Shown in pieces: positions 8,219-14,446 of a DNA stretch of 17,985 nucleotides. The stretch spans positions 1 to 17,985 of the forward strand of contig JBDRUH010000027.1 in the NCBI GenBank assembly GCA_039801225.1, written 5' to 3'. Source of the DNA: a candidate division WOR-3 bacterium (lineage in GTDB: Bacteria; Hydrothermota; Tepidihabitantia; Tepidihabitantales; Tepidihabitantaceae). Below the pieces are notes generated by a model. The model was given only the letters and a program-made list of their open reading frames with translations, ran no database searches and was not told the origin of the DNA. Each line of letters begins with the position of its first letter. Position 1 is the stretch's first letter. Made by a program: the position numbers and the translations under genes.

Positions 8219-10369
8219 ATGCGGGGAATAGGGGGATGGTGCGCCATCCCCCTATTCTGGTTAATAACGGTTGCCTTCAGTGCCCAGTGGACAATCGGCG
8301 TTTATATGTGCGCAGACAACGGAATGAATGAGCAGGCGAACTCTGACATTGCCGAGATGATGGCGGTTGGCTCCAGTGGCAGTGTGAACATTGTTGTTCA
8401 GGTTGATTATGCCGCCTGGGACACAAACCCTTCCTGCCGGCGGTATTATATCAAGAAGAATCAAAAGGAACTCCTTGCCGACCTGGGTGAAGTGGATATG
8501 GCGGACAGCGCTACCCTCGCCGACTTCATCGCCTTCTTAAAAAAATCCTTTCCTGCCCGTAACTATTTCCTTATCATCTGGGACCATGGTAATGGCTGGC
8601 GCGCCGGATATGGTCCGAGGAGGGCGGTTGTCATTGACGAGTCCCACAGCCATATGATGGGTGTTGCCGGAGGAGAACTTGCCAGCGCCCTGAGGTTGGG
8701 GAAAAAGATGTTAGGCAGGAAAATTACCGTATTAGGGTTTGATGCCTGCCTGATGGGCTCAATTGAGGTTGCGACCGAGGTTATGGATTATTGCGACTAT
8801 CTTCTGGCATCAGAAGGGCTGGTAGGATGGGAAGGGTTTCCCTATGACGATTTCTTCGGCAAAATTGTGGCGAATCCTGCCGTAACCACTGAGGAACTTC
8901 TGAAAGAAATGTGTGCCGACTACGGGAAACGAAATTCTGGTGAAGATGTCTGCCTCTCGGCAATATTTCTGCCGCAATTGCCCCGGGTGATTAACCGAAT
9001 CAATGCTTTATGCTCCACACTTTCGGCTGTCGGCGATTTGCGGCTGGCTCGGGAACGGGTCCAGACATTTGGCATTGATGCCTCCCGACCGCCGGCGGTT
9101 ACCGATGAACAGATAGATTTCATTCACTTCTGGCAACTGGTGCCATCGGCTGGGGGCTGTGGGCTGTCAGCCGTCGCCCCGCTACTTTCTGCCCTTGACT
9201 CCCTGATAATTGCCAATGCCGCTTATGGAGATTATCGCAACGCCCGGGGAGTTGCCGCCTGGTTTCCCTATCGCTATCTCAGTTTTAAGGCGAAGGCGGC
9301 TGAATACCAGGAACTCGTTTTTGCCGATTCCACACCCTGGCTCTGGTTTCTTAATAACTACTACTCCAGAGACGATGTGAAGCCAACCCAGCCAGAAATC
9401 CTTAATCACCGGACAGGAAATCGCAATGATATCCGGCTCTGGTGGAGTAAAAGTTATGATTTAGCACCGGTGACCTATATTTTATATCGGGTGACTGAAC
9501 CAGAGACAGTTTTTTTTGACTGTGCCGCAGACCTCAACAACTGGCAGACAGAAGGCTGGACTCTCTCCACCCGCTATTTTCACTCCGCCCCCTTTGCCTT
9601 TTTCTCGGGCTCGGCTGCCGGTCTCAATAGTGAATTGACTTTATGCGAACCGCTCAATCTACCTGCGGGTGGACTTCTCTCATTTTATGCCTGCTATCTC
9701 ACCGAAGAGGGTGAAGATTCGTTATCCAACCCGGTGCGGGATGTATGCTATCTTGAGTATTCCTCAGACCGCTCTAACTGGTTTCCTATGGACTCATTTT
9801 ACGGAACAAAGGAGTTCTGGGATGAGTTCCGGTATATTCTACCACCAGTGTCGCAGTTTTATCTCAGGTTTCGCTACCGGACCAACGGTGCTATCAACTA
9901 TCTCGGCGTCTTCATTGACGATTTGAAAGTTGAGCGGTTCTCAACCTCAACCTCAACCTCACCAGTAAAGGACACCACCTTTTACCTTTTTAACCTTCCC
10001 CGGGACACCACAGGGTATTACTTCCTCGTTGTTGGGGTTGATTCATTTGGCAATTTCTCCAGTGTTAGTGATTATTATCAAGTTAAAATTAAAACATTTG
10101 CCGAGCCTTATACCCGACCGGCGCCATTTGCTGACCGATGCAAAATCGTTCTGGACTTCCCGGAGGAAGAAAATCCCGATGTTTTAATCTTTACCCTTTC
10201 TGGCACTCTCGTCAAACGGTTTCACCGGGTTACCAGCCAGGAGATAGATTGGGATGGCAGGCAGGAGCGGGGTAAGGAAATTGCTGACGGGGTTTATATT
10301 GTTGTGGTTAAGGGGAGGAATTTCAGGAAAATTGGTAAGATTGCCAAAGTTCGCACATCTTGGATTTAG
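8219..10369 (+). CDS. Secreted clostripain-family (peptidase C11) cysteine protease with C-terminal beta-sandwich domains and T9SS/FlgD-like CTD
   Basis: WTIGVYMCADN N-terminal motif; catalytic His in IIWDHG and Cys in GFDACLM; CTD IFTLSGTLVK...WDGR...IADGVYIVVV; ATG 8219 preferred over TTG 8195 (start uncertain). Confidence 0.88.
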   Translation: MRGIGGWCAIPLFWLITVAFSAQWTIGVYMCADNGMNEQANSDIAEMMAVGSSGSVNIVVQVDYAAWDTNPSCRRYYIKKNQKELLADLGEVDMADSATLADFIAFLKKSFPARNYFLIIWDHGNGWRAGYGPRRAVVIDESHSHMMGVAGGELASALRLGKKMLGRKITVLGFDACLMGSIEVATEVMDYCDYLLASEGLVGWEGFPYDDFFGKIVANPAVTTEELLKEMCADYGKRNSGEDVCLSAIFLPQLPRVINRINALCSTLSAVGDLRLARERVQTFGIDASRPPAVTDEQIDFIHFWQLVPSAGGCGLSAVAPLLSALDSLIIANAAYGDYRNARGVAAWFPYRYLSFKAKAAEYQELVFADSTPWLWFLNNYYSRDDVKPTQPEILNHRTGNRNDIRLWWSKSYDLAPVTYILYRVTEPETVFFDCAADLNNWQTEGWTLSTRYFHSAPFAFFSGSAAGLNSELTLCEPLNLPAGGLLSFYACYLTEEGEDSLSNPVRDVCYLEYSSDRSNWFPMDSFYGTKEFWDEFRYILPPVSQFYLRFRYRTNGAINYLGVFIDDLKVERFSTSTSTSPVKDTTFYLFNLPRDTTGYYFLVVGVDSFGNFSSVSDYYQVKIKTFAEPYTRPAPFADRCKIVLDFPEEENPDVLIFTLSGTLVKRFHRVTSQEIDWDGRQERGKEIADGVYIVVVKGRNFRKIGKIAKVRTSWI
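8226..8257. other. Perfect 14-bp hairpin (terminator-like or mRNA-stabilising) overlapping the clostripain 5' end
   Basis: GAATAGGGGGATGG-TGCG-CCATCCCCCTATTC, 20 nt after the PorV-family stop; no strong U-tract. Confidence 0.75.
9146..9180. repeat. NNGGCTG heptamer array in frame within clostripain
   Basis: TCGGCTG GGGGCTG TGGGCTG TCAGCCG TCGCCCC; encodes SAGGCGLSAVAP; reverse complement of the CAGCCNN family. Confidence 0.6.
9940..9963. repeat. Hexamer array (CTCAAC)x3 + CTCACC encoding the STSTSTSP linker
   Basis: Direct reading of the sequence; lies at a domain boundary after FIDDLKVERF. Confidence 0.75.
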
Positions 10370-10422
10370 AACATTTGGGGCTTGGAATTTGTTTGGAATT
10401 TAGGATTTCAGATTTAGAGTTT
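10358..10422. repeat. Degenerate ATTTNGN heptamer array filling the convergent intergenic gap
   Basis: ATTTAGA 10364-10370, ATTTGGG GCTTGGA 10373-10386, GTTTGGA ATTTAGG ATTTCAG ATTTAGA 10391-10418. Confidence 0.8.
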
Positions 10423-11031
10423 CTCCCCGGATGTGAAGATGATTACAATCAACCTGATGAATGTCTTCAGGAGTATCTTCAGGTCTAAGAAGAAGGAACG
10501 GTTTCGGACATAATCAATCTGAAGTTTGGTTTTTTTCGGCAGGACCACCTCAACATAACTTTTTTCCGGATCGGGACTCTCTCTTAGAATACCTTCTTCC
10601 TGGCTATATAATGTTGCCAGGTCGGTAAGACCAGGGCGAACAGTTAAAATGATGTCCCTCTCCTCTTTCGGTATGAGGTCAATAAACATCTTTATTTCCG
10701 GTCTTGGACCAACAAAGCTCATCTCCCCTTTTAAAATGTTAAAAAGTTGGGGCAGTTCATCCAGTTTGTGCCTTTTTAAAAACCTGCCAGTTTTTGTTAA
10801 CCGGGGGTCGCCCTGTGCTGTTACCGAACTTCCCAATCGCTCCGCATCCGGCACCATAGTCCGGAACTTGATGATTTTGAATGTTTTGCCAGATCTGCCC
10901 ACCCTTTCACCGTAATAAAAGACCGGTCCCCGGGAGGTCAATTTAATGGCAAAGGCGATCAGTGCCAGTAATGGCAAAAGTAAAATTATGCCGATGAGGG
11001 AAAGGGTAATGTCAAAAAGTCGCTTTAGCAT
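10414..11031 (-). CDS. Bacterial sugar transferase (initiating polyprenyl-phosphate phosphoglycosyl transferase)
   Basis: MLKRLFDI start; KFRTM, DPRLTKTGRFLKRHKLDELPQLFNILKGEMSFVGPRPE and RPGLT motifs; ATG 11031 preferred over 11070. Confidence 0.93.
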   Translation of the reverse strand: MLKRLFDITLSLIGIILLLPLLALIAFAIKLTSRGPVFYYGERVGRSGKTFKIIKFRTMVPDAERLGSSVTAQGDPRLTKTGRFLKRHKLDELPQLFNILKGEMSFVGPRPEIKMFIDLIPKEERDIILTVRPGLTDLATLYSQEEGILRESPDPEKSYVEVVLPKKTKLQIDYVRNRSFFLDLKILLKTFIRLIVIIFTSGEKL

Positions 11032-11995
11032 AAAAGGACCGGCAGATTTTTTCTTGTTGCAGAAGAACATTGGTTTTGTGGATTAAGGTATTTTTGGGGA
11101 AAAGGGCTTGGGCGGCTTTTAAGATGTTGCGGAGTGGAAAGGCAACCTTCAGGCACAACCGAAGTGGAAAAGAATAGAGTATGTTGAGCCGGCAGTGAAG
11201 CCGGGTAAAGCCGAACTTTCGCTCAAGGAACTCTTGAATATTGGTGTCGTGGGCAATGGAGCGTTCGCCGTTAATTACCAGCCGAAAGTTACGCTCGTTG
11301 AGATAATGGTCAATGATGGTCCAAATCAAAAGATACCCTGGTGAGTATTGCCGATTGAGATAGTCCGGGTGGTATTTAATCACCGAGGTGGTGGCGGTGC
11401 GGGCAAGGATGATGCATTCGCAGTAGCCGATCAGTTTTTCCTCAGCAAAAACGCCCCAGAATTCAAAGAAAGGGAATTTTTCCTTTTGCTCAAGGAGACT
11501 GGTATAGGTCTCTCTGTCTAAACCTTTCGTGTAACGATATCTTTTGAATGCGGAAAGATATACTTCATAGCCATTTTCTAAAAGAAATTCAGGTTTTATT
11601 TTTTCAACATAACACCTGTTGAGACCCCTCCTGACTTCATTTCTGACCTTTTTACTCAAGGTGGCAAAGGAAGCGGGCGGGGTGGCCACGAGCCACCACC
11701 ACCCGGTCTCTCTGGCGGTAAAACTGTCCCACCATCTTAAAAATGGCACCCGGGCGGTTTCAAGCAAATTTTCTAATTCCCTTAAGGAAAACTGCGGGGG
11801 TTCGTAGGGAATGGGTATTGCCGGGCGAAGCGCGCCCTGATATTTAACCCAGGGGAAATCGCCGAGGTAATAAACCTCCTGGCTCTCCTGGAGAAATTTA
11901 ATATATCCCTTTATATCCTCCTCTTTTTTGAGGTCATTCCAGGTCCTGTGCCAGACGAACAGCCCCCCAGCCCCCAGCCAGCAGCCACCAGCCAT
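11012..11995 (-). CDS. GNAT/FemAB-like acyltransferase-fold protein of a glycan cluster
   Basis: LSKKVRNEVRRGL motif and YSPGYLLIWTIIDHY segment resembling GNAT/FemAB-type proteins; ATG one base after the upstream TAA. Confidence 0.55.
   Translation of the reverse strand: MAGGCWLGAGGLFVWHRTWNDLKKEEDIKGYIKFLQESQEVYYLGDFPWVKYQGALRPAIPIPYEPPQFSLRELENLLETARVPFLRWWDSFTARETGWWWLVATPPASFATLSKKVRNEVRRGLNRCYVEKIKPEFLLENGYEVYLSAFKRYRYTKGLDRETYTSLLEQKEKFPFFEFWGVFAEEKLIGYCECIILARTATTSVIKYHPDYLNRQYSPGYLLIWTIIDHYLNERNFRLVINGERSIAHDTNIQEFLERKFGFTRLHCRLNILYSFPLRLCLKVAFPLRNILKAAQALFPKNTLIHKTNVLLQQEKICRSFYAKATF
11960..11995. repeat. CAGCCNN heptamer array beginning at the start codon
   Basis: CAGCCCC-C-CAGCCCC CAGCCAG CAGCCAC CAGCCAT; the last unit contains the minus-strand ATG; encodes MAGGCWLGAGGL. 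Confidence 0.8.
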
Positions 11996-11996
11996 T

Positions 11997-13046
11997 TTAG
12001 TTCTCAGGTTTCAGACTCAACAGCCGGATTAGACCCCAGATTGAGCCAAGTCCGTAGCCAAAATGCCGGGCGCCGAAGGCTATGGGCATAATAAAAAAAA
12101 GTCTAATGTCATTATTTTTGATGGCGATTATACAGGAGAAGTAAAGGCTGAGCAAGAGATACAGCCCCCAGGCCAAAAGCCAGAATTTAAAACCAAAAAC
12201 CCAGAGGAGGAGAAGAGAGATTACGAGAAGGAGGGGAAGATAGTGGCGCAATTTGAAAGGTGTTCTGGTGAATTTAAAAGCGAAAATCGTCCAGAAACCG
12301 TCCTGGAAGTTGTGTTTAAAAAACTGGGTCAATTTTGCCTTAGGGTAGTAGCAGGCGATTATTTCCGGCACCAGAAGGATTTTGCCTCCTGCCTTCTTTA
12401 AGCGGATATTGAACTCTAAATCCTGTGCCCTTAAAAGGTTTTCATTAAACAGACCGATCTTCTCAAAAACCGTTCTTTTATAACAGCCGCCGAATACAGT
12501 GTCAACCCACTTAGGTTTCCCGGCATAGCCCCTTCGGTAATAGGCATCTCCGGCGGCAAATATGGATGATGTGGCAAAGAGAATGGCTTTATTTTGCAGG
12601 GTGTTTTCTCTTGGCATCACCCGCCATATCCCACCGACACAAAGGAATTCGGAATTCGGAATTCGGAATTCCGAAAATTCCGCCTGCCGCCTGCCGTCTG
12701 CCACTCCCGTAAGGTATTGCACACATCTAGTGATATATTCCGGGTGATAGGTGGCATGGGCATCCATTCGGATAATTATTTCACCCCGGGCGTTTTTGAT
12801 GCCAGTATTCAAGGCACAGGGGGTTGTTTTTTTGGGGTTATCAAGCAATTTTATAAAATGATATTTCTTTGTATACTCTTCAACAATCTCTCTGGTTTTA
12901 TCCTCGCTCATTCCATCAACGACAATCACTTCCATATTTTCCTTAGAATAGTCCTGAAAGAGGATGGAGTCTAAACACATCCGGATAAGACCTTCTTCAT
13001 TCCGGCAGGGGATAATTACTGAAACGAAAGGTTGAGGTTGAGTCAT
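11997..13046 (-). CDS. Family 2 glycosyltransferase (ExoA-like) with C-terminal TM helices
   Basis: VSVIIPCRNE, VVDGMSED, IIRMDAH, VDTVFGGCY and AQDLEFN motifs. Confidence 0.92.
   Translation of the reverse strand: MTQPQPFVSVIIPCRNEEGLIRMCLDSILFQDYSKENMEVIVVDGMSEDKTREIVEEYTKKYHFIKLLDNPKKTTPCALNTGIKNARGEIIIRMDAHATYHPEYITRCVQYLTGVADGRRQAEFSEFRIPNSEFLCVGGIWRVMPRENTLQNKAILFATSSIFAAGDAYYRRGYAGKPKWVDTVFGGCYKRTVFEKIGLFNENLLRAQDLEFNIRLKKAGGKILLVPEIIACYYPKAKLTQFFKHNFQDGFWTIFAFKFTRTPFKLRHYLPLLLVISLLLLWVFGFKFWLLAWGLYLLLSLYFSCIIAIKNNDIRLFFIMPIAFGARHFGYGLGSIWGLIRLLSLKPEN
12172..12206. repeat. Degenerate heptamer array in a GT2 membrane segment
   Basis: GCCAAAA GCCAGAA TTTAAAA CCAAAAA CCCAGAG; the minus strand encodes LWVFGFKFWLLA and resembles the T-rich arms at 1258 and 14491. 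Confidence 0.45.
12644..12701. repeat. Compound heptamer array inserted in frame in the GT2 catalytic domain
   Basis: (GGAATTC)x4 at 12644-12671, then CGAAAATTC, then CGCCTGC CGCCTGC CGTCTGC at 12681-12701. Confidence 0.92.
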
Positions 13047-13070
13047 AACCTTAATCTTATCCTTAACCTC
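13030..13070. repeat. Inverted hexamer array spanning the GT4 stop, intergenic gap and GT2 start
   Basis: (GGTTGA)x2 at 13030-13041; TAACCT TAATCT TATCCT TAACCT at 13046-13069. Confidence 0.75.
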
Positions 13071-14295
13071 TGAACCATTGTAGGAGTGTATTTGCTATCT
13101 TGCCGATTTCAAACTCCTCCGCTATTCTCTTTCGGCCTTCATCAGACAGCCGTCTGGACTCAGGAGGGTCGGTTATTAACCTTAAAATTGCACCCACCAG
13201 GGCTTCGGCAGATTTTTCCGGAACCAAAATTCCAGAACCTTGAGATACAAGTTCCATAATTCCACCAGTTTTAGTGGAAATAACCGGAACTCCGAAAGCC
13301 ATCGCCTCCATTAAGGTAACAGGAATGCCCTCCTTATCACCATCAGGAGTAACAATGCTGGGCATTATCACCGCATCTATCGCCCCCTTTTTTAGCATTG
13401 CCATAAGTTCGGAATGGGGCAGAAACCGGACAAAAGTGATACTGTTCTCAAGACCCAGTTTGGCAACCTGTCGGCGCAGTTCCTTTTCCATAGGTCCTTC
13501 ACCAATTAAGAGACAGTGAATATTACCCCACCCCTGACTTTTCAATATGCCGATGGCTTCTATGAGAAACTTCTGTCCTTTCTTGGGAATAAAATCTCCC
13601 GGGCAGGCAATAACAAATCGGCGGTCGGCTTCTTGTTCTCGGCTTTGGGCTGTGGGCTGCAGGTTTACACCGATGTGAATCACTTTCACCTTCTCCTGAT
13701 ACTTCTCGCTGATAAGTGCCAGTAAATCCCGGCGGCCATCTTCTGCGATACATCTGACAAAGGCGGACGATGCCACTTTTACTTCAAGGAGGTTATTTTC
13801 GTTAATATCCCAGCGGTGGAGCGTAATGCTGTAAGGGATATGGGTGAGTTTTGCGATTATCCAACCAATCGTAGCGGTGGTGGAACCCCAGTGGGTGTGG
13901 ATGTGGTTAATACCTTTTTTCTTTAATAATGCGGCGAGGAAAACGGCCTTAGGGAAAACAGCGAGGTTCTTTAAGGCGATTTTTAAGTTGCGGGAGTGGG
14001 AGAAGTTTATTCTAATGAGCTTAGAGATAAGCGGATCTTTTGTTATGCTCTTAAGGAAATAAGTTAATATTTCCCAGTTTAGAAGTGGCAGATTGATTGT
14101 CAAGGGCAGAAGCGTCTCAGCCTCTTTATGGAAGACCTTCGGGGGCGGGTTGCGGGGCACAATAGTAAGGTCAACGCCGAGGTTTAATAGTGCCAGCATC
14201 TCTTCTATGATAAAAGTTTCCCGTTTGCCAAAAGGAGCACAGGCGGTGATGTAGGCAACCGACAGCCGACCGCCGATTGAGGAGGGGGTAGCCAC
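13063..14295 (-). CDS. Family 4 (GT-B) glycosyltransferase, WcaL-like
   Basis: AYIT...ETFI..E, HIHTHWG, KKG, and DKEGIPVTLMEAMAFGVPVIST (E-x7-E) motifs; GTG start. Confidence 0.9.
   Translation of the reverse strand: MATPSSIGGRLSVAYITACAPFGKRETFIIEEMLALLNLGVDLTIVPRNPPPKVFHKEAETLLPLTINLPLLNWEILTYFLKSITKDPLISKLIRINFSHSRNLKIALKNLAVFPKAVFLAALLKKKGINHIHTHWGSTTATIGWIIAKLTHIPYSITLHRWDINENNLLEVKVASSAFVRCIAEDGRRDLLALISEKYQEKVKVIHIGVNLQPTAQSREQEADRRFVIACPGDFIPKKGQKFLIEAIGILKSQGWGNIHCLLIGEGPMEKELRRQVAKLGLENSITFVRFLPHSELMAMLKKGAIDAVIMPSIVTPDGDKEGIPVTLMEAMAFGVPVISTKTGGIMELVSQGSGILVPEKSAEALVGAILRLITDPPESRRLSDEGRKRIAEEFEIGKIANTLLQWFRG
13616..13659. repeat. NNGGCTN heptamer array in the GT4 inter-domain linker
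   Basis: TCGGCGG TCGGCTT CTTGTTC TCGGCTT TGGGCTG TGGGCTG; the minus strand encodes QPTAQSREQEADRR. Confidence 0.7.
14256..14278. repeat. CAGCCGA-type heptamer triplet near the GT4 start
   Basis: CAACCGA CAGCCGA CCGCCGA TT; the minus strand encodes IGGRLSV. Confidence 0.65.
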
Positions 14296-14301
14296 TCCTG
14301 G

Positions 14302-14329
14302 ATTTTCCCGATATTTTTAGCTCAGTCAA
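14302..14329 (-). promoter_or_regulatory. Putative sigma70 promoter for the glycan operon
   Basis: Minus strand TTGACT (14329-14324), 16 bp, GAAAAT (14307-14302), 6 nt, GTG at 14295. Confidence 0.45.
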
Positions 14330-14411
14330 GCCAGTAAAAGAGACACAGACGGGCGCCAGCCTGTAAATGCTTGGTAAATCTTAACTTGCCAAATCAAAAA
14401 ATGTAATTTTC

Positions 14412-14439
14412 TTGACTTTAATTTTCCTCCGGCTATTCT
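14412..14439 (+). promoter_or_regulatory. Putative sigma70 promoter for the DJ-1/dtd/yicC/gmk operon
   Basis: TTGACT (14412-14417), 16 bp, TATTCT (14434-14439), 7 nt, ATG at 14447; no Shine-Dalgarno. Confidence 0.6.
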
Positions 14440-14446
14440 TTTTATT

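Noticed and set aside
11032..11070. ORF-track extension MFFCNKKKSAGPF of the sugar transferase
   Set aside because: Overlaps further into the upstream gene; the family-typical start is MLKRLFD at 11031
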